Assembly: GCA_044892525.1 (NCBI GenBank)
Contig: CM097885.1
Location: 46,502,001-46,566,000, forward strand
Length of the DNA stretch: 64,000 nucleotides
From: Schmidtea polychroa
Taxonomy: Eukaryota
Direction of reading: 5' to 3'
Positions 26,211 to 38,565 of this stretch are shown here, piece by piece. Positions within the stretch are counted from its first letter, which is position 1, and every line of letters begins with the position of its first letter. The position numbers and the translations under genes were made by a program. The notes under the pieces were generated by a model. The model did no database searches, was not told where the DNA came from, and saw only the letters and a program-made list of their open reading frames with translations.

Positions 26211-29200
26211 AATAAGATTTATTTTTCCAAATATTATACAAATTTCTAAATTAAAAAAAATAATTTTAGAATTTTAGGTACATTGTTAATAATTATTTGT
26301 ATTTAACTCTTATTAAATTAATAAAATAATATAAAATAAAATAATTCAAATATTACCAAAATATTCAAATTAGTTTAATTTTACATGATGTTTTTGGATA
26401 GGTAAAAGAATGATTAACAAATGAATATTTCAATAATTATAAAATTTTTCACTCTTATAACTACTTTGAAAAATAAATTAAAATAGTTTTAAATTAATTT
26501 AAAATAAAATAAAATCCATTATAAGAAATTTAATGTTCTTGAACACTGAACTAGGTTAGAATAAATATAATGGGACACAATTTTTCAGACAATTTATAAT
26601 TTAGTTTATATGTATAAAGAATGTGAAAACGAGATATGAATTTCTGGAAAATTAAACTGTTTCGTTATTAGAATTCAGTTGATTTTCACCTCGAAAAATC
26701 AAATATTTTAACTTTGTTGCAGTCTATAGCTACTTCATTTATTAACCATTTTGAAACTGTGTATCATGTATTGGGCTAAAATTGATTTCAGACCCAAAGT
26801 CAGGATTGTGACGGAATGTATCGGCGCATAACATGTATATCCAGCATTAGGTAGACCAAAAATAAAGCATAGTAAACACCAAGTAAACAAACTTGACAGA
26901 AAACACTGTAAACAAAGAAAAATACCTAAATTAAAAGAAAAATCAAACATAATTAAGAAGTATTGCCTACTCAGATACAACCAAAAACACATAACAACAA
27001 GAAATTCGAATTACGGTGATATTTAGAAATAAGAAAAATAAATTAAAAAAATTTCTCTAAACTCTCGACGAAAAGTAATGTTAAGACAGAATTGTGCAAA
27101 AATTTGAAAAAAAACCCAGAACAATCCATCAAAAAGACGAAATCCATCATGACCACAAAAAGACCCAATAAAATTTGTAAAAATAAATATTTAAGTTTTA
27201 AAATAACAAAAAATCATAAAATGAATTAGTTAAATCCAACTCGGTTTTAAGAATCTTCAAATCTGACATAAATTTATTATTATACAGCAAGTTTTTAATT
27301 TTTCAAAAAAACGTGCCAACTCGCTTATTTAAACAAATTCAGATATCTAACTCTCCCCTTCTTAAGAATTTTACCACTTCTTCAGCCACTGGATTTTTCT
27401 TTATTTAGTTCCTTCTTGTGAATGTAGTTCGACTCAATGAGGTGATAGAAATATGACGAATTTATATGGGCCTTTGTATTGCATAACATCCTTGTGCCTG
27501 TTCTGCGGTTCTTTACGTACGAGTACCTCCTCCTCACTTCGAAAACACGAGTGCTCCTCTTTGTCTTATCCATAGGTCTCATAGTGTCTGCGGCTTTACT
27601 CGAGTTAAATCTCGCGTCTTCCATTCTTTCGCTTTTTGATATTTCGTAATGTTTTAGGTTAGAGTGTAGGTTAACACTCCGTCCATAAATTATCTCAAAT
27701 GGTGATAAACCTGTAAACTTTGTCAACTTCTATTTATAGTGAACTCTATTCTAGATAGAAGTTCGTGCCAGTTTTTCTTATCATATCAACCTACCAATGT
27801 AGCTGCAATAAGATCTCTTATCGTTCGTATGGCTCGTTCGACTAAACCATTTGATTGGTGCTGGTAAAGTGAGCTGAATTCCTGTCTGATTCCAAGTTTC
27901 TGTAGCTTCTATCTTAGGAAATTCCCTTCAAAATTATGGCCTCTATCTGTTAAAATGCTCTTCGGATTTACGAATCGATAGATCCAACTATTAAGTATTG
28001 TTTTGAAAATTGTCCCTTTATCTTGCTATGTGATTGCAGTTAAAGAAATCAGTTTGCTAAACCGTCTTCCATTACTACCATATATTTTTTGGCGTTTATT
28101 TCCATGTAAGCTACATCTATAACAATCTGTTCTAGGATTTCAGAGCTATATATAGGAATAAATGTTTCCTTGGTACTTGTCTGGTCGATCTTTCTCTTAG
28201 CGCAGATCTCGTAACATTGTAAACAGAGTTGGATTGTTTTTTGCATTTTCGGTCAATAAAATATCTTTTCCACCAATGGCTCCGAAACTAGCGTCTGTGT
28301 CTAGGATAAAAGTTCTATCTTCTCTTGGGAAATTAAGAATAGGTGCCTCACTCAACCGCCTCTTCAGAGTTTGGAAATTCTCATTGCATTCTTTAGTCCG
28401 AGTTTTATCTTTATCGCATCCAGATGTTGCAGCGATCTTGGTATATTCTTTGATGAATCTTCTATAGTAGTTCGTTAATCCGAGAAACGATCTCAATTGT
28501 TTTGAACATTTTGGTACTTCTGCTTTTTTGATCTCTCCAACTTTCTTTGTGTTTGTCTGGATACCCTTTTCATTAACTGTGTGACCAAGGAAACACAATT
28601 CTGTTTTATTGAATTTGCATTTATCTACATTTATCATCAGTCTGCCATTTGAATTCTTCTGAATATTTTTCTTAATAGGTCATTCTTGTCTTTTTGACTT
28701 TTACCATATATCAAGATATCATCTAGATAAACTACTACTCCGTTGAATAATTTTCCTTCTGGCACTGTGTGCATCAGTCTCTGGAATGTCACAGGGGCTG
28801 TTGCTAAGCCAAACGGTAGTCTATTGAAACAAAATTGTCCTTCTCTTGTATTGAATGCAGTCATATTTTGAATTTATGGAACCAACTCTACTTGATAATA
28901 CGCCTGACCTAGATCGATTGACGAAAATATTTTTGCATTCGCGAGACTGTCTACTAAGAATTTGTTATTAGGCATCGGAAATGACTCATTTTCTGTTATG
29001 GAATTCAATCCACGATAATCTACACACATCCTGATAGATCCATCTTTCTTCCCTACTATCACTAACCGGGCAACACCAAACACCAAATAACATTTGCTTT
29101 CATTTTCCTTTTTTATTCGCTCTTCAATCCTTTTATCCATGTGCATTGGTTGACGTCGAGGATGTTGCATTATTGGGCCTCCTGTTATCCGCATCTCATG

Positions 29201-29695
29201 TCGAACTAAGTTTAGAAATCCCAGATCAAATTTGGATGCCATAAAAGTTCTGCCGTATTCCTTCAATATCTTTACTATTTTCACCTGCCATCGCCACTAG
29301 TGCTTTATTTATTCTTTCTTCATAAGTGTAAATGTTGTTTATCAATGACGTTTCTATATTATTGATTTTCACTAATTTTTTTCCAAACTATTTGATGGTA
29401 TCAATGTCCCCTATGAATTCGGGCTTGATCTCTTTTACCACTACTACTGTAATTATTTTGGTCTTCTGATTCAATGTGGCCGGTATAGTCATATATCCAA
29501 TTGCTTCTTCACCAATAGTTGTAAAAAACTCCACATAATAATATCATACTACGTTGAAGTTCTGGTTTGCCTATTTTCTCCCACTAATTCTTGCCCATGA
29601 CTGTTACTAATACTCCAGAGTCCCATAACATCTCTGCTTCGGCATTATTCAACATTATTTTACTCCAATTTCTTCCATCTTCCGTCTGGCACATC

Positions 29696-30733
29696 AGTAG
29701 TGTGTATATATACCCAACCCAAACAGCCCGCCCAACAAAAACATACCTCCATTACGCTTAAACCATTAGAAAAACAACATAAAACCTATGTTTTTATAGT
29801 ATTTTAACCCCATATTTTAAACAACAACCACCCTTAATCTTTAAAGCCTCAAACTCAAAAGCTTCAAACTAAAAAGAGAATAGAAAAGAAAATGGCATTA
29901 TGAAAAAGTTAGAGAGCTATTTGGGATAGGGCTATGATCGCAATCAAACTCCGGAGTTGATCTTTATCAGATTATTGATTTTAAATTATATAAATTAAAA
30001 AATAAATGAAAAATAGTAAAACTGCTCTGAGGGGACAGTGGTATTTTTTTTTTTCACTGTCCCCTCAACAGTTTTTTTGATCCGGATCATTTCAAACTCT
30101 TTCGTTTATCAAATCTCTTCTAATATACAAGCTGGCCAGACTCATACATCAGAATCAATCCGATAATAGCAGCACACCTTATTATTCGCTTCTCGCTCGA
30201 ATACGATTTCATCGGCGTTTTAAGCGTGCTACTCGAAAGTACAAATGAATTCGAAAGTGAATCCGAAAGAGGTCCGAAAACAACTGAGAAATAAATGTGC
30301 ACATTAAAGAATCGATCCGGGGGTGTTCGAAAGACAGGTGGCGATAATTACCGGTTCGCCACCATCACCCGTTTCAATAATTTTTTTTCATATTTATGTT
30401 TAAAAATAAAATAATTAATAAAATAAATAAAATAAATAAAATAAATAAAATAAATAAAATAAATAAAATAAATAAAATAAATAAAATAAATAAAATAAAT
30501 AAAATAAATAAAATAAATAAAATAAATAAAATAAATAAAATAAATAAAATAAAATAAAATAAAATAAAAATAAATAAAATAAAATATAAATCTAAGATAC
30601 CCACACTATTATTTTCAAATTTTTAATATTATTTTATGTTGAAAAAAAACTAACCACAGTTAGGATTTGAACCGCTATCCATTTGAACCACGGTGCCGGT
30701 CTAGCCCACTGCGCTATCTAGGTTTGGATTTTT
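29696..30733 (+). repeat. Left TIR of Polinton (1038 bp, with expanded TAAAATAAA microsatellite ~30415-30585)
   Basis: Reverse complement of 42036-42965 with about ten substitutions plus length differences in simple repeats. Confidence 0.97.
30650..30723 (-). ncRNA. tRNA-like Pol III unit, left-TIR copy
   Basis: Mirror of 42046-42119: A-box TAGCGCAGTGG, B-box GGTTCAAATCC, T8 terminator. Confidence 0.55.
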
Positions 30734-30821
30734 GTTATTTTTATACTGTCACATTATGAAAATAAATATAAAAACATAAAAAATCAAAACAGGATATCCA
30801 ATAAAAAATTTTTTTCTAAAA

Positions 30822-33800
30822 ATGAATTGTAATATTTGTAATAAAGTTTTTAAAAATAAAACTGGATTAATTTCTCACTTAAAATCGAAAGCTCATTTAT
30901 TAAAAGCAAACAATCTTAATGATACAAATTCAAAAGTTTGTCCTAAATGTAAAGGAAGATTTCTACATTCTGGATATAATAAACATTTTGAAAATTGTAT
31001 CGGGAAAAATAGAGAAATATTTACATGTTCTCACTGTAACTTTTCAACAAAAGTAAATTTCTATTATTTAGAACATATAAAAGAATGTAAAAATAAAAAA
31101 CAAAATTCTGACGATGAGGAATGTCATTCAGAAGGAGAACCTGATCATGTTGAAAGAGAAAAATATAACTGGGATGATTTTAATCATGTAGATGAATTTC
31201 AATTAGAAATCAATGGATCTATAACTCCTGGAGAATATATAAATAAAAATAAAAAAAATATTAAAAATTCTTTCACTGAAGCTTTAAAAAATTATAAACC
31301 GACAAGATATAATGTTATAAAATATAAAATTATAATCAAAGCAAAATACTGGCGAGGAGCAGAAGAAAAGACAACACCTTTAAATGTTGAAATTGGAATA
31401 CCCTTTAAATATTTATTTTCAACTAAAGGATTTGATAAAACCATCAAAGAAATAATTCAAGCAGTAGAAGCAAAACAAGAAGAGGTTGAAAATGAATTAG
31501 GAGATTCAAACTTAGTATTCAACTCTTTCCAAACTTTAGTGATTGATTATTGGAGAGGATTACCACCTAATCCTAAATCTTATATTCCTACACCCTTTAA
31601 ATCTAAAAATGTTATAAACATACAGAATAATGATAACAAATGTTTCGTCTGGTCAATACTTGCACATTTACACCCTCAAGAATCAAACCCTCAAAGAGTT
31701 TCAAAATACAAACAATATGAAAATGAATTAATATTTCCCAAAGGATTCAAACATCCAATGAAACTAGAAGACATTCCAAAATTTGAAAGTTTAAATAATC
31801 TTAAAATTAATATTTATGAACGTGTTAAAGGGAAACATGTTAATAGCAGAGAAATTATTCCAATTTATATTTCAGATTATGAAGTTAGAGATAATGAACC
31901 CCAGGATAACACTAGGGAGATATATCTTTTAATCTTGGAACAAAAAAATAATCAACATTATGTTTTAATAAAAAACTTTCAAGCTTTTACATCACCAGAG
32001 AATCCAACTAGTGGAGGAGGAACATGTAAAAGATGTCTTCATTATTCAACAACTAAAAACTCTATGATTAAACATACAAGATTTTGTGAAAAAGATGATC
32101 CAGCTTTAATTAAAATGCCTAATAATCCCAAGATGTATTTTAAAAACTTTTCAAATTTACTACAAACAGTAGGAGTGCTTTATGGGGACTTTGAATCTAT
32201 AAATCGTAAACAAGATTTGGTTAAACAATATTTAAAAATAATAGAAAAAAATAAACTCATGGATTCCTGGAACTCCTCAGGAGAGAAGATGAAACCAGAG
32301 AGGATGAAAGCCTTTCTAAGAAAAAGGAATAAACCTAATAGTGTTAAAAAAACTAAACAATTACCATCTGCTTATAAATTATTATTTAAAAGTAATTATC
32401 CTGAACTCATAGAATCTAGAGAATATACATTTCGAGGAATTTCAGAAACAGAAGTCTTGAATCATTTTACTAAAAGTATAAATGATCTAGAACATGAAAT
32501 ATTTAAAGTATTAAAAACAAACTATCCTCAAAATATTTCTAATCAACAACAACAAGAATATGAAAACACTTCCAACTGTTGGATGTGTAAACAACCATTT
32601 GAAGAGTTTCCGTATATAAAAGTCCTCGATCATGATCATTTAAAAAAGGAAAATAATTATCGAGGAGCAGCTCATAAAAATTGTAATCTTAATTGTCATA
32701 CTCCTAAATTTGTACCTGTTATATTTCATAATCTTTTTGGTTATGACATACATCTATTTATTAAATATTTAGCAGCAAATGCTAAAAACTCTTTCAAAGT
32801 TATAGGACTTACAAAGGAAAAATATAAATCAGTTGAATATGGAAAATTAAAATTTATAGACTCGTTAAACTTTCTTCAAATGTCTCTAGATGGAATAGCT
32901 AAAACAATGAAACCAGAAGATTTTAAAATCACTCGAGAATTCTTGGAAAAAAATAATATTCCTCTAGAAGAATATCCTACATGTTTAGCAAAAGGAATAT
33001 ATCCTTATGACTATGTTGACTCGTTTGAAAGATATAATGAAACAAGTCTTCCTAGCCAAGAAGATTTCTATTCACTACTTCAAAAAAATCATATTACAAA
33101 TCAAGAATATTCTCGAGCAAATAAAATGTGGGAATTATTCAAGTGTAAAACTTTAGGAGAATAATCAAGTATGTATTTATCCTTGGATGTCTATATTCTA
33201 GCAGATTGCTTTGAAGAATTTACAAAATCTTTTGTTCTTAAACCTTACAATTATATAACAGCACCCTCTTTAGCTTGGGATACTTTATTATATACCATTT
33301 GGACTTCAAATATAGAAGAAGCTGATAAAATTATAGATCTTTTAACTAACCTCGATATGTTTAATCTAATTAAAACAAACATTAGAGGAGGAGTCTCTTC
33401 AGTAATGGGGAATAGAGAAATAAAAGCTAGAAATGCAATAACTACTAGCAGAATGCTTTCAAAGACCTCTGATCCATATATAAAAATTAACAATGAGGAA
33501 TTAAAAGAAATATTAGAAACAATGAAAAATCCTATATTTATACTTTATATAGATGCAACAGCTTTATATTCAGGAATTATGACTCAATATTTACCAATGG
33601 GTGATTTCATTGAAATAGAATCATCAAAAGAACTTATAAAAGAAATACTTTCAACACCTAAAGATTCTCCAATAGGTTACTTTGTAGAATGTGACTTATT
33701 ATATCCAGATGATATAAAATCAGGAACAAGATATTTCCCATTAGCTCCTGTAAGAAGAAAGATTGATATCAACGAACTTTCTGAATGACAAATCTCACAA

Positions 33801-35138
33801 GATAAACCCCCAACAATGAAACTTCTTTGTGATCAAACAGATCGAAGGTTTTATCTTTGTCACTATAGACTCCTCCAATTTTATCTTTCACGAGGTATGA
33901 TATTAAAAAAAGTTCATAGTGTCATAAGATTTAAACAGAGGCCATTCATGAAAGCTTTTATCGAGGAGAACATTAGATGTCGAAACATTGCAAAAAGAGA
34001 AGGTAACCTTTTTAAAGATAATAATTATAAACTTTTAAACAATTCAGTCTTTGGGAAGACAATGGAGAATGTTGATAAATATACTCATATTGAACTCCTA
34101 ACAAATACTACCAAAGATATTAAGCGTTATAATCGTATGCTAGGAAAGCCTACATTTAAAAACGCACAAGTATTTTCTGAAAATCTTACTGCAGTAGAAC
34201 TAAAGAATTTTGAGAAAACATACAACAAACCAATATTTATAGGGTTTTCAATTTTAGAACTTTCAAAATTACAAATGTATGAAACATATTATAACATCTT
34301 ACAACCTATATATGGTTCTAATATATCAATGCATGCAATGGATACAGATTCAATGTTTTTAACAATAAGAACTCATGATTTACAAAGAGATATAGCTGAA
34401 AATCCTATACTTTCAAATTTAATAAATTCAACTGGAGAATTATTTTCATTTAAAGATGAAAAACCTTTTACTCCTATAGAAAATGGAATATTTATTCGTG
34501 CTAAACAATATTCATACGAAACATTTAAAAACCCTGAATTTATAACCCGAGAAATTATATTTAAAACCCCAGAAAAAGAGGAAATTATTTCATTTAAATA
34601 TCCTATATTCCCTAAAGGACCAGAGAGACAAGAAGAAAAACCTGTAAAGGATAACAGATGTAAAGGAATACAGAAATCCGTTGCAAAGAATCTTTCTCAT
34701 CAAGATTATATAGATACATTGAATCCAAATCATAAAGATAAAATTGATGAAGTGCATCAGATTAAAAGCGAAAACCATGATATTCACTTGATAGAATCTC
34801 AAAAAGTATCATTATCAAATTATGATGATAAGAGATTCATCCTAAGTGATTTAAAGAAAACTCTTCCTATAGGAAATAATTTAATACCGATAATAAAAAA
34901 TCTAGAAAAGTTGAATAAGTTATATGTTACAAAAATTACTGATCTTGATATTTATAATGTTGAAATCATTTATCCTGAGAGAGAAATCGAGAAGCCTTTA
35001 TATTCTCAAGTTTTTAATCCTATATGTTTAGAACTTAAATATTTTAATACTTATCCTGAATATATAAAAGGTCTAAGTGATAAAGAATTTAAAGATCATA
35101 AATTAATGATTCAAAGGTTGGCTTTCAACGATATTTAA
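30822..35138 (+). pseudogene. Protein-primed family B DNA polymerase with N-terminal C2H2 fingers and an EndoVII-like insert; two in-frame stops (33162, 33786)
   Basis: Three ORFs in the same frame. Exo motifs YGDFES, FHNLFGYD, YLSLDV. Polymerase motifs YIDATALY, KLLNNSVFGK, MDTDS. CWMC..DHDH..YRGAAHKNCN insert. Confidence 0.95.
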
Positions 35139-35216
35139 TTTTTTAATAATAAAATGTCGACAATTAATTTAAGCAACTATAGCAACCTGATCTACTTTTT
35201 TAAAAATATACCCATT

Positions 35217-35825
35217 TTATAAATAAGAATTCTTTAACCATTTCTCCCGTTTAATTTTTTTAGAATATTTATTAGTTATAACATTAGCACTTTTTAATCT
35301 ATTAATATTATTTTTAATATCTTGTATTATTTGATTTGATTTCATTATTTCATCATCAGTTAAGATTCCATCTTCCAAAGCTTTTAATTGAAATAAAAAT
35401 AATTTAGAGATTCCTAATTCTATTGACAAACAAACTTCACGATATAAACTTTTCTTTTTTGAAGTATAAGATAATGAAACTATTTCAGTTAAGAAACCAT
35501 CAGCTACAGAAATACTTCCAAGTATTACTGGCGCAAGTGTTAAAACTGGTAAAGTTATAGGTAAAATAACTGTTAATATTGCAGATGCAAATCCTAAAGA
35601 ATAACCTATAACTTTTAAAACTGTATTCCCTTTATTCCATCTATTTTTAATTTTTTTATAATGCTTTAATAAATCTTGTAAATGTAAGGTTTCTGATTTA
35701 AATTCTTTTACTCTCATAATTTCAAGTTCTGTGGGAGCTGAAGGTCCCGAAGGTCCCGAAGGTTTGGGGGAATAATATCCTGATGACAATTCTGGGTAAA
35801 CTTTTTCTTCTCTTACTTCTTCCAT
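35217..35825 (-). CDS. Polinton membrane-associated protein (GasderminX-type) with YPEL and PSAP motifs
   Basis: N-terminal VYPELS..PSAP, two hydrophobic helices, KALEDGILTDDE, matching the pattern of the conserved adintovirus GasderminX class as recalled. Confidence 0.7.
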   Translation of the reverse strand: MEEVREEKVYPELSSGYYSPKPSGPSGPSAPTELEIMRVKEFKSETLHLQDLLKHYKKIKNRWNKGNTVLKVIGYSLGFASAILTVILPITLPVLTLAPVILGSISVADGFLTEIVSLSYTSKKKSLYREVCLSIELGISKLFLFQLKALEDGILTDDEIMKSNQIIQDIKNNINRLKSANVITNKYSKKIKREKWLKNSYL

Positions 35826-35833
35826 TTTAATAA

Positions 35834-36811
35834 TTAAAAAAATAAGATTTTATTATCTGGTACCAATACTCGGATATCATAAGAGACTCTTGTTGAGAGA
35901 ATGTCTTTATACAATTCCATCAATGCTTTACGAACTTCATCAACATCAACCTTTTTTTCATAAAATATTAAATCTATATATTGTACAAGTGTGCTTTTAA
36001 AAATAATATTCTTACTTTTAACTTTATGTGTTTTATGTGAATCAGTTTTATCATGCCAATATCCATGTGTTAAATCATAACCACTTATTATAACATCACC
36101 CTTTTCAAACTTACTATTATAATCACATTTCACAAACCATTTCATTCTTTCATTATCATCATCAAATAAAAAGAAATAAGGATCAATAATCTTTACAACC
36201 ATAAAAACACTCCATTCTTTACTATTTGTTGTTATTAAAGTTGGTTCTATAAAATGTTTATATGTATGGGGTAATAATGTTTTATTCTGTTCTAATTCAG
36301 CAGCTCTTTTTCTAATACTATGTGTGGTGTTAATGTGTGTTGTATGAGATTCTAAATTTGAAAGTCTTTTATTAAATGATGTAATCATCTCATTTATTAT
36401 ATTATATATTGTATTAAATTTAGTATTCATAATTTGTTTATCTTTAGAATTTAATATACTAGTATTTAACTTTACAACTTGTTCAGTTAACAGACTTTGT
36501 AACTTGTCAAATTTATCATTAAATCGTTGTTCGATATTATTAAGCTTTGATTCCATTGAATCAATTTTTGTTGTTAATGAACTTTCAATTCTTGTTGTTG
36601 TTAAATCAGTATAATTTTTATTAGCAGCATCACCTTCATCAATTGGTAAAGATAAATCTTTTATCTTGTGTCCATTTAAATTTAAATCTCCCTTCATTGA
36701 ATCACCTCTTTCATTAATATATTTAATTTCTGTTAAAGTTAATATTTCTTCTGTATTAAACCCTGTTTTTATTGTTCCACCACCTCTATTACAAGGAATA
36801 TAAGAACTCAT
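35834..36811 (-). CDS. Fibre/spike-like protein
   Basis: GDSMKGDLNLNGHKIKDLSLPIDEGDAANKNY (trimeric fibre/neck motif), long heptad coiled coil, RKRA, globular C-terminus. Adjacent to penton. Confidence 0.65.
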   Translation of the reverse strand: MSSYIPCNRGGGTIKTGFNTEEILTLTEIKYINERGDSMKGDLNLNGHKIKDLSLPIDEGDAANKNYTDLTTTRIESSLTTKIDSMESKLNNIEQRFNDKFDKLQSLLTEQVVKLNTSILNSKDKQIMNTKFNTIYNIINEMITSFNKRLSNLESHTTHINTTHSIRKRAAELEQNKTLLPHTYKHFIEPTLITTNSKEWSVFMVVKIIDPYFFLFDDDNERMKWFVKCDYNSKFEKGDVIISGYDLTHGYWHDKTDSHKTHKVKSKNIIFKSTLVQYIDLIFYEKKVDVDEVRKALMELYKDILSTRVSYDIRVLVPDNKILFF

Positions 36812-36835
36812 TTATTAATAATTTAAAATGAATCT

Positions 36836-37573
36836 TCAAACCTGTTTCAAATGTAAATACATTGAAATCTCTTCTCCATTAAAATCAATCAATTCTTCTT
36901 CTTGATTAAGAATTTTAAAATTAATATCCATTATATATTTTCTACATAAAGGTAAATAATTTGGAGGATTCATTCTTTCAACTATTTTATATCCCATAGG
37001 AACTGTGTTTGAGGGAAAGGAATATAAAATATTACTTTGTTTACCATTATTATAAGAACCTGTTATACAATCGCAATGAATATTTATTGTGTTTGTATTT
37101 ATTATTTTTATAATATTTTCTGATGTAACTTCAGGTGTGGTATAATGGTTTTGTGTAAATCCTAAAATTGTTCTAAAGAAACTATTATTTTGAAACCTAA
37201 GTCCTATATTCTTTAAAGTCATTATACATTTTGAAGTTGGTAAATCTATTTTAATTTCAATAGCTCCATTTGTTTTTTTAGAAAGTATATTATTTAAATC
37301 TTTTATCTCATAAGCCCCGGGTTCTATTATTATTATGTTATACTCCGTTTTTGGGGGGCTTACATAACTAAATGTGTTAATATCTTTAGTTATATTAAAA
37401 ATAGTATTATAAGCACAAAACCATAATAGACCTAATTCATAATTTAAATTTTGATCTAATTTTATTGAATCTTCAAAATTTATAGTAAAGTCTGATTCTT
37501 TTGAATTTATAGATAAAGTTCTTGAATATTTATCTGACATTATGTTTACCATTTTTTTAAAATTATCTTCCAT
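36836..37573 (-). CDS. Minor capsid protein (penton)
   Basis: SDFTINF..IKLD..YELGL, IEPGAYEI, LGF, INIHCDCITGSYNNG..ILYSF, IDFNGE motifs of Polinton pentons. Confidence 0.88.
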   Translation of the reverse strand: MEDNFKKMVNIMSDKYSRTLSINSKESDFTINFEDSIKLDQNLNYELGLLWFCAYNTIFNITKDINTFSYVSPPKTEYNIIIIEPGAYEIKDLNNILSKKTNGAIEIKIDLPTSKCIMTLKNIGLRFQNNSFFRTILGFTQNHYTTPEVTSENIIKIINTNTINIHCDCITGSYNNGKQSNILYSFPSNTVPMGYKIVERMNPPNYLPLCRKYIMDINFKILNQEEELIDFNGEEISMYLHLKQV

Positions 37574-37576
37574 TTC

Positions 37577-38062
37577 TTATAGTAGAGATTTTAAATCATT
37601 ATAAATTTCTTGGATTAAGGAAGTGAAACAGTAGTCCCCTTTGGACAGAGTCCCTTGAGATTTATTCAATCTATAGAAAACATATAAGCTTAAAATACCA
37701 CATATTTTAGTATTATTAGGTTGAACTTGTAAAGAATTAAAAGTATAGTCTCTCTTCGAGCTTACTCCGGACAGATAGTCTTCAACTTCTTTAGTGGGTT
37801 TAATCCCAAAAAAATCAAAGTAGATTGGGACTTCGTCCATATATATACAAACCCAATGAGATCCTTTTTCATTTGAATTTTGATAATTGATTATTATATT
37901 CTTTGGAGTGACCCTTTGACCTTTGACCTTCGGACCTTTCAATTCATTATTCATTAATATTTTAATTTTTAAATTTAAATAATCTGCATAATCTTTTAAA
38001 TCAAAATTTGTTTTTGCATTTATTCCAAATGTTTTTAAAAAATCTAATATTGAAGGAGTCAT
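37577..38062 (-). CDS. Adenain-like (C5) cysteine maturation protease
   Basis: GSHWVC, YFDFFG, VQ....CG catalytic H-D-Q-C arrangement. Confidence 0.9.
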   Translation of the reverse strand: MTPSILDFLKTFGINAKTNFDLKDYADYLNLKIKILMNNELKGPKVKGQRVTPKNIIINYQNSNEKGSHWVCIYMDEVPIYFDFFGIKPTKEVEDYLSGVSSKRDYTFNSLQVQPNNTKICGILSLYVFYRLNKSQGTLSKGDYCFTSLIQEIYNDLKSLL

Positions 38063-38390
38063 TTTATATACTTATTAAATTTATCTTTTGAAATTATTCC
38101 TTGTTTTAACAAATCTTTAGAAATCTTTAAAATATCAGAATCTAAATTATTATGTCCTGCTTTTTTAGCTGCTAATAGTTTTCTTAATTCAATAAAAAGA
38201 TTGATTGGGTTTGCAGCCACAGGCATCCCCTTACCCTCTGTAACAACATAACCCCTTTCATTTTTATTTAAATAATTCTTTAAATCTTGAATATGTTTTG
38301 CTTTAGAACTACCATGTATTAATTTTATTAAGTTTAAATATTTATCAATTTCTTCTTTCTTAACATCATCTGGAAGAAATCCAGAAATTA
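38059..38390 (-). pseudogene. 5'-truncated Polinton core-protein-like gene
   Basis: Not in ORF track: ISGFLPDDVKKEEIDKYL..TEGKGMPVAANPINLFIELRKLLAAKKAGHNN..ISKDLLKQGIISKDKF*, with GxG and the LLAxKxAGxN..LxxxGII pattern seen in Polintons. Stop overlaps the protease ATG. Confidence 0.65.
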
Positions 38391-38565
38391 TATATATTTA
38401 AATTCAAAAAATAATCCAGCGATTATTTCAACAAATACTTTTATGAATAGAGAGCGTGTAGACATTGAACTTTCAGAACTACCATGTATTAATTTTATTA
38501 AGTTTAAATCATTATAATTATATTTATTTGGATAGAGAAGAAGCTGAAATATGGAAAAGTTTGTT

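Noticed and set aside
30374..30604. ORF of ILF repeats, and similar poly-N, poly-I and YI ORFs at 54616, 56768 and 15525
   Set aside because: Translations of microsatellites, not genes.
33162..33788. Stop-codon reassignment or readthrough in pPolB
   Set aside because: The stops are of two types (TAA, TGA) and TGG is used for Trp throughout, so ordinary nonsense mutations are simpler.
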